From a virus (taxonomy: Duplodnaviria; Caudoviricetes), in the IMG/VR virus record IMGVR_UViG_3300037297_000386: a DNA stretch of 64,000 nucleotides; one strand, written 5' to 3'. Numbering within the stretch: the first letter of the stretch is position 1; every line of letters begins with the position of its first letter. A model generated the notes under the pieces. That model was not told the DNA's origin, did no database searches, and saw only the letters and a list, made by a program, of their open reading frames with translations. Positions 38,825 through 48,703 of the stretch are shown in pieces. The translations under genes were made by a program, and so were the position numbers.

Positions 38825-40785
38825 TATCTATTTCCAGGCTCCCTCTCATTAATTATGCCAGAGCTCACTTTCCTGTTATGAGATGGTCTAGATATAGTAC
38901 GTCGTTTAGGCATTATAGCATCAGCAACAAACTTGACGCGTTCAGTCTTAATCGATTCATTTTCACCGTCAAAATTAGTTATAAAATCCGTGTTTACTTT
39001 AGCTGTTATATTGGCTATTCCAGGGAATGGAGATATTAATTCAGCAGTTATCATACCGGTATTGTTATCTCTATACTGGTTTTGTAAAGTACCAAAATCA
39101 GTAAATATTTCAACGCTTATATCTGAACCAGTAGGTAAATTCTGAGCGACAGCAACGCCACCCGCTTCTCTTGGTACTATTTGTATAAGCGCTTTATCAA
39201 TACCACCAGCTTTTACTATATGTTTATCAACCTCAAATGTACTTGTTATTTTATCGGTAATCCTAGATAATAATATGTTTAATCTATCGGTCATCTTTCC
39301 CACAACAGCAAATAATAAATTCACCATTTCATCTCCTAATTCTTCAATGATTGGTATATCATCTAATGATGGGTCTTCGACCAATGATTGTACTCTTTTT
39401 AAATTATTATTTAATTTATCTGACATATCTGTATATATTTCAGGAATATCTCCAAGCTCAGGGTATTTCGACAATCCAGATATCTCTAAATTATCGAATC
39501 GCTGTTGTATATTGTTTTTCACGCGCAATACGTCTGGATGACAACCAACAGCAATAATATTTCTGCCAACTAATTGTTCATAATTTGGTTCAATACAATA
39601 ATCCACTATGCCACGATAAGATGTTAAATTTACATTATTTACTAATACTTTTCCTTTACTTGTAATAGATGCTATTGGTACGACAATACTGCCAATTGGT
39701 TCTGTTGGTGTTGTCGATGTTACACAATATTTTTGTCCACGTCTACCAAGAATTCTTAATCTAAAATGAGCAGCGTCATATTTTGATCCTACTGGTACAG
39801 CCTCATCTATTGGCTCATCTAATTGTGGATTAAGCTGAGATTTTAAATCTTGTAAATAGGGTCTAAGTTTTTTTATATTACTATGCCCAGTTATTGGAAC
39901 TAATTGCCAGCACCACAATGGTGGTGCATCACCAAAAAAGGTAGGTGTTAGCACGGCTCTACCACTCGGTGGATTTGCGATTTCTGGTGGACATTGTGAA
40001 TTATTACAACACGAAGTATCTTCAATAGTTTGGTCAAAAGATGGTGTTCCTTGTGTCATTACGGGTAATTTCTTACTAGATGTTTTCCCACTCCCACACG
40101 GAAATCCAGATACTAATCCTAAAATTAAAAATACTAGGTCAAGCAATGGTTTTGCTACAGATAGAATACCTATCCTATTCAAGAAATCAATTAACAAAGC
40201 GGCAAGTTTTTGTTTACCAGCATTAGCTTTAGCTTCATTACCAGAAGAAAATGCCTCTACAACCATTCTTATATTTTTGATTACTAACTGGATTGTTGGT
40301 ACTATTTCAGTCAATATAAAATACACCATAGCCAATATTAATTTAATTGTACTAGCAATAATTACTGCTCCAGCAATTGGCGGAAACAATGAAATGAATG
40401 GTGGTATCCATTTGGTGAATAGCCTAATAACGGCCGGAATTACACAAAATGGATTCATCAAGCAACACAAAATCTCTATTATACCTCGTATCACCCCAAG
40501 AATTGGCAATAATAATCCATAGGCCGAAATAACTGGTCCTAAAGATGTCAACAAACTACTTATTACCCATCCCATAGTAGGCGTAGATGCTGGATTTGAC
40601 ATACTACGAATTGTAGTTCCGCCAGGACAATTATACTGTGTTAATGATTCATCACTTTTGGCTACTCCATCTGTCGGTTGAGCAGACGAATCGTAGGGAG
40701 CATTAAAGTTAGGACCAGCCATATTTAAAATGGTTGCTATTATTTGTAATGCTGTTGGATCATCGATAAAATGAAAATCTCCCAT
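38824..40785 (-). CDS. Baseplate-module protein with long hydrophobic N-terminal helices and a C-terminal Big_1/invasin-like Ig domain
   Basis: AAGGAG 7 nt before ATG 40785; about 100 aa of near-continuous hydrophobic sequence; ALIQIVPREAGG...FGTL...ITAELIS..PGIANITAKV. Confidence 0.6.
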   Translation of the reverse strand: MGDFHFIDDPTALQIIATILNMAGPNFNAPYDSSAQPTDGVAKSDESLTQYNCPGGTTIRSMSNPASTPTMGWVISSLLTSLGPVISAYGLLLPILGVIRGIIEILCCLMNPFCVIPAVIRLFTKWIPPFISLFPPIAGAVIIASTIKLILAMVYFILTEIVPTIQLVIKNIRMVVEAFSSGNEAKANAGKQKLAALLIDFLNRIGILSVAKPLLDLVFLILGLVSGFPCGSGKTSSKKLPVMTQGTPSFDQTIEDTSCCNNSQCPPEIANPPSGRAVLTPTFFGDAPPLWCWQLVPITGHSNIKKLRPYLQDLKSQLNPQLDEPIDEAVPVGSKYDAAHFRLRILGRRGQKYCVTSTTPTEPIGSIVVPIASITSKGKVLVNNVNLTSYRGIVDYCIEPNYEQLVGRNIIAVGCHPDVLRVKNNIQQRFDNLEISGLSKYPELGDIPEIYTDMSDKLNNNLKRVQSLVEDPSLDDIPIIEELGDEMVNLLFAVVGKMTDRLNILLSRITDKITSTFEVDKHIVKAGGIDKALIQIVPREAGGVAVAQNLPTGSDISVEIFTDFGTLQNQYRDNNTGMITAELISPFPGIANITAKVNTDFITNFDGENESIKTERVKFVADAIMPKRRTISRPSHNRKVSSGIINEREPGNR

Positions 40786-40796
40786 ATACAATCTCC

Positions 40797-42770
40797 TTAC
40801 ATGTGATCAGGTATTCCATTACGCAATACCATTCGTTCAAATCCTGTTGCAGAACGTGTTCCATCAACGGATGAATCAAAAGATCCATAATTCCAAATTA
40901 ATTCTCCTGCTAATGTTAATAATCCGCCGGCCCCAAGAGTCAAGTTTCCGCTAGACGATAATAACATATTCCCTTGAACATCTATAGTCATACCATCTTC
41001 ATCAATAATTATTTTTTGGCTTGGTTTGTTTTTCCCAGTGTTCAAATGTATTTCAAGTCTACCAGGATTATTGTTGTTACCAATTTGCATAAGAACGTCC
41101 CCATCCGATTGATGTATGAGGCTCCTTCCTCTATTATCAGTGCCATAACAAGATATTACTGCCCCTTCCAAGTCTAATACAAGAGATTTTTTGTCTGCCG
41201 AATCTGATCCTATAGATATTTCGGCACTACCATCTAAATTAGTGTGCAAACTTTTTCCGCCCGCATTGGCCTGATTAGATCCAATTTTATTATTTATAGA
41301 TGATGTCATACGATCTCCAGAACTTTTCCATTTTCCTTCGGAAAATATCAATGAAGCAATTGTCATTAAATCATGATAAGCTGTCCCAGCAGTAGTAATA
41401 TTACTATCGTTTATTGTAGTTGGTGAATATTCTGAATTTAAAATTTGTTGTGTTTTTTGTCCAAACGGAATAGCACGAATATCAATAAAATCTTCGTCTT
41501 TAAAACTTCCGCTATTCCGATCCGATTCTATGGCATTCCCATCTTTATCGGACGAAACAGAGTTTAAATATCTAGCTAACAAAGGTATATTTCCGGTATT
41601 AGAAGAGGCCGGGATATTAATTTTTGTCAAACCTTCACCATCAACATCAATACTCCAGCGACTGTGTTCTCGCCCATATTCTGAGATATTATCTATAGTT
41701 CTAGGTGGTTCATTGCCATCTATTTCTTTTCTTGAATTAATTTCAAAATGATATTTTATAGATCTTCGCATATATCTATATAAATTTTGCAATGATTTTG
41801 TTGTACCATTTTTTGTATCAAGTGTATTAACATCAGGTATATTAATGATATTACGATTAATATCCAATACATTACCATAAATATCTACTACAGTACCAAG
41901 TACATGCTCTGCAAGATGGTTATAATTGAACATGTTAAGGTTTAACACGTCTGTTCTTCGATTAGATCTGTCACCATTAACAACTACTAGATTTTCTGTA
42001 CCATCGGTATTCTCCATTGTAATCATGGCCTTAGCTTCCGATGTAATATTTCTAACACCAAAACTATTGGCATATTCATATATTATGCTACGTTTTTCTA
42101 CAAGAGCAGGATTACGTATAAAATCTCTAATTATTGTTGTAGTTCGATTCTGCACTTCATCTGTCGGGGATCGACCTATAGGACTTAACAAATCATCATA
42201 CAGATCGCCAGATAAAAAATTTAATATACTAGTGTCAAACTCATATTCTGTCTTATTTTTATCTCTTTTTATTATTCCATCAATTGATCTACCAGCTTCT
42301 GTAAATTCATATTTATTATTGGACCTTGAAAACAATGCCTTAGCTGAAGTAGATAATTCTAAATCACCTTCATCATCTCCAGATCTAGCATCTAAGATAA
42401 TATTACCATACGATGGTAAATCTATAAAAGATCCGGAACGACTAGAACGAATCATTAATTCGCCTTCTTCTAATTCAGGAATAGGTTGTTGATAAAATGG
42501 AACATCTTGGACGCCGTCCATATTGTAATAAGTAGTTCGCCATGGCAAATAAGATACAATAAACTTTTCTTCGCTTGGACCAGTTCCTATTAACACTAAA
42601 GTTCCAATTTCAATACCTTGTAGAAAACCCCCACCATTACTGATATATGGGTAGGATATTGGACATCGTATTGTTTTCTCTCCAGTATTACCGAGATAAT
42701 CACATTGTACAAATGTACGTGTAACACTACGAACCATTGCCACACGTAAGCTTAATATAGGAACTCCCAT
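40797..42770 (-). CDS. Baseplate central spike (gp5/gpV-like)
   Basis: N-terminal OB-fold-like region (GGGFLQGIEIGTLVLIG); C-terminal short beta repeats (MTIDVQGNMLLSSSGNLTLGAGGLLTLAG); follows the hub. Start at ATG 42770 after GGAG. Confidence 0.7.
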   Translation of the reverse strand: MGVPILSLRVAMVRSVTRTFVQCDYLGNTGEKTIRCPISYPYISNGGGFLQGIEIGTLVLIGTGPSEEKFIVSYLPWRTTYYNMDGVQDVPFYQQPIPELEEGELMIRSSRSGSFIDLPSYGNIILDARSGDDEGDLELSTSAKALFSRSNNKYEFTEAGRSIDGIIKRDKNKTEYEFDTSILNFLSGDLYDDLLSPIGRSPTDEVQNRTTTIIRDFIRNPALVEKRSIIYEYANSFGVRNITSEAKAMITMENTDGTENLVVVNGDRSNRRTDVLNLNMFNYNHLAEHVLGTVVDIYGNVLDINRNIINIPDVNTLDTKNGTTKSLQNLYRYMRRSIKYHFEINSRKEIDGNEPPRTIDNISEYGREHSRWSIDVDGEGLTKINIPASSNTGNIPLLARYLNSVSSDKDGNAIESDRNSGSFKDEDFIDIRAIPFGQKTQQILNSEYSPTTINDSNITTAGTAYHDLMTIASLIFSEGKWKSSGDRMTSSINNKIGSNQANAGGKSLHTNLDGSAEISIGSDSADKKSLVLDLEGAVISCYGTDNRGRSLIHQSDGDVLMQIGNNNNPGRLEIHLNTGKNKPSQKIIIDEDGMTIDVQGNMLLSSSGNLTLGAGGLLTLAGELIWNYGSFDSSVDGTRSATGFERMVLRNGIPDHM

Positions 42771-42782
42771 AAATATCTCCAA

Positions 42783-45700
42783 TTATTCCAACATTAATAC
42801 TATTTCTATTATATTAGTTGGATCTCTATCATCCTCTGGTAGAGCGTTATATACTTCTTCACTTGGTATTCTAAATCTTTCTAAATCTTCACCCTCAAGT
42901 TCTTTAGATAAATTAACCGGCTCTACCGGCTTCTTACCTTCTTCTTGAGTATTTTTAACAATATGGTTATATATTTGGTTATTTTCTAGCTTTTTGTATT
43001 GATTACCAATTACAATATATCTTGATCTATCATCTCTTTCAAATTTAAGCCATCTCCCAACTGGTTGGCCAAACCATGTAACAACAGCATCCATACGTTT
43101 TTGGACTTTATCTATATTGGCTTCATCTAAACACCACCCGCGTATTTCTATTTTTGGAAATATATCTTTATCATTCGATACAATATAATTATGCGCTGTA
43201 AGTAAAGAGCGCTTTAATTCACGTATATTGAATCTTGCGAACCTACTAGATAACATAGATTTATGTTCATCATCACTTTCTTCGTTCTCAAAAATTACCA
43301 TACCTAAATGAACTCCAAGGTCAATACTAGAGGTCTCCCTGGACATTATTACTTTGTTAAACCTTTTTTGATTCCGGATTAATGACTCCCCTATAATATC
43401 AAACGGAGTAGGTATATATTCTCCAAGAGGATGCCCATATCTTAAGTCTAATGTTGTTGTGAAATTACCACTACTATAATCAAAACTATGTGATACATTA
43501 TTTACATAGAATAATAAATCTTTTGCGTTTATGTAAACAACATCTCCGAGCTGATAATATTCATTTCCATATAATGTAATACGCCCTCGTAATATATCCT
43601 TGCGAGCGCGAGATAACAAGAATAAGGCATAAGGAGCACATTGGCTTTGGGCATCTTTTAAAAACGGTTTGTTTTGTGTAGGTAAGGAACGATAACCGTA
43701 TTGTCTCCACATATCAAAATCGGTTGCTCCAGCCCATATATTAGGCATATTTTTGGTTAGAGATCCTGGAGATCCAACTAAATTATGTTGCCCAGTAACA
43801 TCTGCTCTACAAGTAGCATTCTGTTCATCTTCAGTAAATTCGAAACTTATAATTTGATCATCATATATTATAAATCTGCTAGCTGATCCGGGGCCTAAAA
43901 AGTCTGTATAATCGTCCTCTATCAAATTACCAAATGGAGCCAACAATTCATTTAATGAATCTTGTGAAGCTGGCGAGAAATCAGCAAAATTGATTTCATA
44001 TGCCTTTCCTTGGGCATCCAGTTTATCTTTTAAATCACTAAGTTGTTGTTTTCTGCTTAACAACATCTTAATTTCATTAGCAAGTTTTAATCTCATAGAA
44101 TTGACATTGGGCGTCGCTGGATTATTGTACTTTTCAACTTCTAATTCAACCTGATCTTCATTTTGAAATTTCCCTTTAAATCCCGTCTTCAGTTCTAGAC
44201 TATTAGATAATTTGATTATTTCTTTGGATATTGATTTCGAATCTATGTTTGTAGACGATGTTAAATATTGCCCACGCACAATTTGGTCACTAGCTGATTC
44301 ACTCTTTACAGTGCTTAATAAAACATCGGTATCTTGGTATTCAGAACCAAGATTCAATAAATATGCTTTTATCCTTATCTCGATATCAACTATATCTATT
44401 TCTTCTCTGGTAGTTATTTCTCTACTTTTGAACAATTGTTTTAAAAAATCTGGATACAATTGTACTCCTTTTCTGTCGTTCAACATAAACATTTTCAATA
44501 TTAATGAAAGAGGAATCTTGTTATACTGTTGTGGTCTAAATCTTAAATGTCCTTGCGAATCACAGTAGAATTCCATATTCAATGTTTCCGCAACGGTCCT
44601 ACAAATTTCAATTGGATGCTTAAACTCACTATTAAATAAACTGAATGGTTGATTTTGTAATCCTACCACAAATGCCTGTATATTAGCGTTAGTATCATAT
44701 TCATCTGATACAATTAATAAATTTTTATCTTCATTAAATTTACATGCATACTGCGACCGGACCTGTAAAAATTTATTTTTAAGCCTAACATTTTTATTTT
44801 GCTCCGCATGAGCACTAGTTTCTATACCGCTCGACAAAGAAGCTAAATTAAAAACTACATCATCTACATCCCTTATTATACCTTGTTCTTTAGCACTTTT
44901 TAGGTTCTTATAAATAAATTCTTCTTCCGAATCTATTTGTTCAACAAGGTTGTCTCTATATGTCTCCCACGCTTTTTGGCTTCTTTGCCTATCCTGTTCG
45001 TCAATATCATTGCTTAATCGATTGGTCTCTTTATCATGAATACTTCTATTTATACTTAAAAGATAGTCTTGTGCTTTAGCTAACTCTTTTCTCAAACGTT
45101 CTATTTCTGAATAACTTTTTTGTATTGTCCCACGTAAAGCTAGTTGTTTGGTAAAAGCCATACCATCTGTTACAATTTCTCTGAATGGTTCAAAGTTTCC
45201 TAATGCTTTATTTGTTGACCTCGTTATATCAAAAAAAGAATGAAAAAAACTTGGGCTAGCATTAGAACCGGTTGCTTTGAATGTCCCAACAGTATTGGCG
45301 GCTTTATAAAATCTTTCAGCGCTATGTGGATATCCAGTGACTAGAAGACTTATTATATCAGCAGCATCTAGTCCAGCAAATGGATTTTCTACTACAGTCA
45401 ATCCAACATACCTTTTAAGTGCCTTATTATCATCTTCACTCCCTTGTAAAGATTTATCTAAATTGGCATCAATAGTTGCAACCATAGTTCCTGGTTTCCA
45501 CTTGTATATCATTCCAGGCGCATGTTTCCAAATCGGTGTAAGCCCACTTTCTATTTTTGCATAATCTTGTTCCCAATTATTCAGAGAAACTAATTTACAT
45601 TTATTGGTACCGGATTTGAATCTTAATCTTGCTACATTTGCAGTTTCAGATGTTTCACTTTCCTTTTCCGATGCCATAACTGCAGAATTACCTGGTAATG

Positions 45701-47558
45701 GTTCTGGTTTTTCTGATATTAGTCCAGTTGCGGGATCTATTTTATACGAAAATGCTGTAAGAGGATCTTCTAATAATCCTTGTGGTTGGCTTAGACTTGG
45801 TTTGATATTAACTCTGGATAAATTTAACCATCTAGCATTACTTTTACCAGAAACATTTGTAATGTATACTCCACTACCAGCATCATATCGTTCGTTAACT
45901 GATGTAACTAATCCGCCAAATACATGCATTCCAGCATTACGCATAAAACTTCCAGTTCTAATAGTTCTATAAAAATCTACATCTAATCCAAGGTCATCTA
46001 ATCCAAATTGTCGCATTTCTTCTATAAGTACAGCATCTGTTGCATTTGGATCATTGGCGGCATTTTTAATAAAAGCTGATCCATTCAACAAATGACTAAG
46101 AGGCCCAACAACTTCTCCATGTTTATATGTATTACCACGAATATATATGTGTAAGCCATCCATTGCTTGTATAATTGATTTACCAAGATAATGTAATCGT
46201 AAATTACGTCTAGCGTGTTTTACATGTTCGTTAGAATTTAATTCCATTAAATCATTATTAAGATGTTCGACAGCTGCCGAATATTCGCCTAATAACTTAA
46301 AAATTTCACCAACAAGCTCTCTTTCCTCTACAGTAAGTTGTTGTTCAACTGGAAAGTCTATCATAGATAGTACTAACTGATCTCTATTATAAGATGGTTT
46401 TGCTAAAGATGTTGTATATGCAACAACCTTATTTTGTGCATAGGATGTTGGACTTATCTCAAAAATTATTTCCGATATATTCGAAGAACCTATAATACTT
46501 TTATTCGTGCCAAGGAGCTCCGCAATTCTATTTTCTCTGATATCACGAAGAATTTTTTCTTTATTACGTGCTTGTTCTAATATAGTCTGTGGCCCTTTTA
46601 ATGATACCCAATTTCCAGAACTATCTGTATTTTTCATACTTTCTATTTCTGAATGAGCTGAAGATAATGACATCTCTATATCATCAGTAGTAATTTTCAT
46701 TAGGTTGTATGGATCCTGTATGCTAAAACTTACTTGGCCCTCAATATTATCGAAGCCTAATGACGTAGACAAGTTATTAAACATAGTTAATTCTATCACA
46801 CCGCTACCACGACCGATGTTAAAAATATCTAATTGATCTGGGTCTATTACCCAGTTTGTATTTACAGCTTGTTTTAATTTATTCTGTTTTTGACAGATTT
46901 CTCTTAAAGCGTCAACAATCGGAGAAATTTTTGTCGTATTATTTTTTAAATCATTTAATTGAGTAATTATTTGTTCATTAAAAGATATATTATTTGGGTC
47001 AATAGAAATTGCAGTAGCAGCATCTTTTTCAAGATTGTATAGTCTATCTTCTATGAATTCGTCTAACAAGTCAATAATTTGTTCTATCCTAATTGCATCT
47101 AAGTCGGCATCTTCAGATACGAGTTTAGAAACTTTTGTCAAAGCTTCATAAGAGGCAAGTTGATTACACTTTTTTTCAAATAATATTTTTGTTGCACGTA
47201 AATATAATTTTTCTCCTTTATCCATAAACCGTGTATCATTTTCATCAGCTAGTCCCCAAAAAGCGCGCTTTTTAATGTATATAGTTGCATGCGGTTCCTG
47301 AGAGGAGATTCTTCGTTGTTTTATATCATCAACATTATCTATTGTAGACCCAACATACGATGTACCAGGGACATTTTCAAAACCATCGTCAATATGTACC
47401 TTTTCTAATATTGGCGCTGGAGGAGGCCAATTATCTGGACTGTATAATCCTTGGTTTAGTGTATTTACCAGATCATCAAATTTTTTACTAATCTCTGATA
47501 AAAAACCATAATATGAATTTTCTACAATTCCAGCATCACCACCAAAAACGATTGCCAT
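42783..47558 (-). CDS. Large baseplate hub protein (gp27/gp44/gpD-like)
   Basis: CRTVAE.LNMEFYCDSQGHLRFRP and GRITLYG..YYQLGDVV...FYVNNVSHSFDY..FTTTLDL hub motifs; position after TMP and initiator. Confidence 0.7.
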   Translation of the reverse strand: MAIVFGGDAGIVENSYYGFLSEISKKFDDLVNTLNQGLYSPDNWPPPAPILEKVHIDDGFENVPGTSYVGSTIDNVDDIKQRRISSQEPHATIYIKKRAFWGLADENDTRFMDKGEKLYLRATKILFEKKCNQLASYEALTKVSKLVSEDADLDAIRIEQIIDLLDEFIEDRLYNLEKDAATAISIDPNNISFNEQIITQLNDLKNNTTKISPIVDALREICQKQNKLKQAVNTNWVIDPDQLDIFNIGRGSGVIELTMFNNLSTSLGFDNIEGQVSFSIQDPYNLMKITTDDIEMSLSSAHSEIESMKNTDSSGNWVSLKGPQTILEQARNKEKILRDIRENRIAELLGTNKSIIGSSNISEIIFEISPTSYAQNKVVAYTTSLAKPSYNRDQLVLSMIDFPVEQQLTVEERELVGEIFKLLGEYSAAVEHLNNDLMELNSNEHVKHARRNLRLHYLGKSIIQAMDGLHIYIRGNTYKHGEVVGPLSHLLNGSAFIKNAANDPNATDAVLIEEMRQFGLDDLGLDVDFYRTIRTGSFMRNAGMHVFGGLVTSVNERYDAGSGVYITNVSGKSNARWLNLSRVNIKPSLSQPQGLLEDPLTAFSYKIDPATGLISEKPEPLPGNSAVMASEKESETSETANVARLRFKSGTNKCKLVSLNNWEQDYAKIESGLTPIWKHAPGMIYKWKPGTMVATIDANLDKSLQGSEDDNKALKRYVGLTVVENPFAGLDAADIISLLVTGYPHSAERFYKAANTVGTFKATGSNASPSFFHSFFDITRSTNKALGNFEPFREIVTDGMAFTKQLALRGTIQKSYSEIERLRKELAKAQDYLLSINRSIHDKETNRLSNDIDEQDRQRSQKAWETYRDNLVEQIDSEEEFIYKNLKSAKEQGIIRDVDDVVFNLASLSSGIETSAHAEQNKNVRLKNKFLQVRSQYACKFNEDKNLLIVSDEYDTNANIQAFVVGLQNQPFSLFNSEFKHPIEICRTVAETLNMEFYCDSQGHLRFRPQQYNKIPLSLILKMFMLNDRKGVQLYPDFLKQLFKSREITTREEIDIVDIEIRIKAYLLNLGSEYQDTDVLLSTVKSESASDQIVRGQYLTSSTNIDSKSISKEIIKLSNSLELKTGFKGKFQNEDQVELEVEKYNNPATPNVNSMRLKLANEIKMLLSRKQQLSDLKDKLDAQGKAYEINFADFSPASQDSLNELLAPFGNLIEDDYTDFLGPGSASRFIIYDDQIISFEFTEDEQNATCRADVTGQHNLVGSPGSLTKNMPNIWAGATDFDMWRQYGYRSLPTQNKPFLKDAQSQCAPYALFLLSRARKDILRGRITLYGNEYYQLGDVVYINAKDLLFYVNNVSHSFDYSSGNFTTTLDLRYGHPLGEYIPTPFDIIGESLIRNQKRFNKVIMSRETSSIDLGVHLGMVIFENEESDDEHKSMLSSRFARFNIRELKRSLLTAHNYIVSNDKDIFPKIEIRGWCLDEANIDKVQKRMDAVVTWFGQPVGRWLKFERDDRSRYIVIGNQYKKLENNQIYNHIVKNTQEEGKKPVEPVNLSKELEGEDLERFRIPSEEVYNALPEDDRDPTNIIEIVLMLE

Positions 47559-47569
47559 GATTATTCCTT

Positions 47570-48691
47570 TTATAACATATTAGCTATAGTAGAAGCAGAA
47601 TCTGTTCCTAGTTCAGATCCTCCAAAACTTAGTGGAGCTGATTCTGGGTGGAACTGTGGCGGGTTTTGTGCTTGTTCTGGTAACCCGACCGCACTTCTAA
47701 TTGAATTTCCAACGGCATTTAAAACACCAGATGCTAATTGAGCTCCAGGACTATCAGCCAGTGGCTCTTTATGCCAAGCCATAAAGTTTTCCCTCGTTCC
47801 TCTAATTTCTGTAACTACAAAAGTTATATTATAGTCAAACAAACCAAGTTTCGCTGTGCTCTCGGTCATAGTAAAATCAGTAAAAAATCCTTTATATTGT
47901 ATGCCTTGATAAAATAGCAAAATACTTAGTGCTAATGAAGCCAAAGAGGGACGTAAAATAAAAGAACTATTACGCAAATCATTAGCAAAATGCGATACTA
48001 CTGCTGAAGCATTATCAATAGTCAACCCATCAGAAATTAAATCGGTCAGTGAATTTATTTGAGTTGCCGCTATCAGTTCGAAAGCTCGATTTTCTGCCCT
48101 ATATATATCTCTTAATACTTGAATTCCCTTTATACCAGAAGATCCGGTAGTCCCAGATATAGTAAGTCTGGTTAAATTATCTCCCCAATATTGTACCACA
48201 AAACCACCTTTCGTACGTGTATGGTTTATTTGTTTACTTTCAGCAACAACAAAATTTTGTGGATTTATATACATTTGAACAGAACTTCCATTTGGCAATC
48301 TCCATGTCATTATCTGTTTATCCCTATTAGTAACACCTGATGCTGATCTATAATTTGGAGATTCTTCAAAATAATTTAAGAAAGATCCAATATCTTCTCG
48401 GACCTGTTCATGCCACTTTTTATTATCATCATTGGAAGTTGCCTTTTTTGTTCCATTATGCGTGCGTATTATATTATCTAATTTCTTTTTATCAATCGAA
48501 GATAACTCGTTACTATATGTAATAGATATATTGTCTCCATTCCTAGATGCAGAAACAAAATTAGCAACAATATTACCATACGACACTCTAGCAACACTAC
48601 TAGATCTGATCTCAACGTTTAAAGTACCTAAGTGCACTTTTTTATTTGGAAAATTAGTTGATATACTATATACATATGATTTGTAAGCCAT
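47570..48691 (-). CDS. Tail tube initiator-like baseplate protein with an extra N-terminal domain
   Basis: MYINPQN..V.ESK.I...RTKGGFVVQYWG..L..LTISGTTG, YKGFF.DF...E, FDYNITF: tube-like fold directly after the TMP. Confidence 0.65.
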   Translation of the reverse strand: MAYKSYVYSISTNFPNKKVHLGTLNVEIRSSSVARVSYGNIVANFVSASRNGDNISITYSNELSSIDKKKLDNIIRTHNGTKKATSNDDNKKWHEQVREDIGSFLNYFEESPNYRSASGVTNRDKQIMTWRLPNGSSVQMYINPQNFVVAESKQINHTRTKGGFVVQYWGDNLTRLTISGTTGSSGIKGIQVLRDIYRAENRAFELIAATQINSLTDLISDGLTIDNASAVVSHFANDLRNSSFILRPSLASLALSILLFYQGIQYKGFFTDFTMTESTAKLGLFDYNITFVVTEIRGTRENFMAWHKEPLADSPGAQLASGVLNAVGNSIRSAVGLPEQAQNPPQFHPESAPLSFGGSELGTDSASTIANML

Positions 48692-48703
48692 CGAAACCTC
48701 TTA

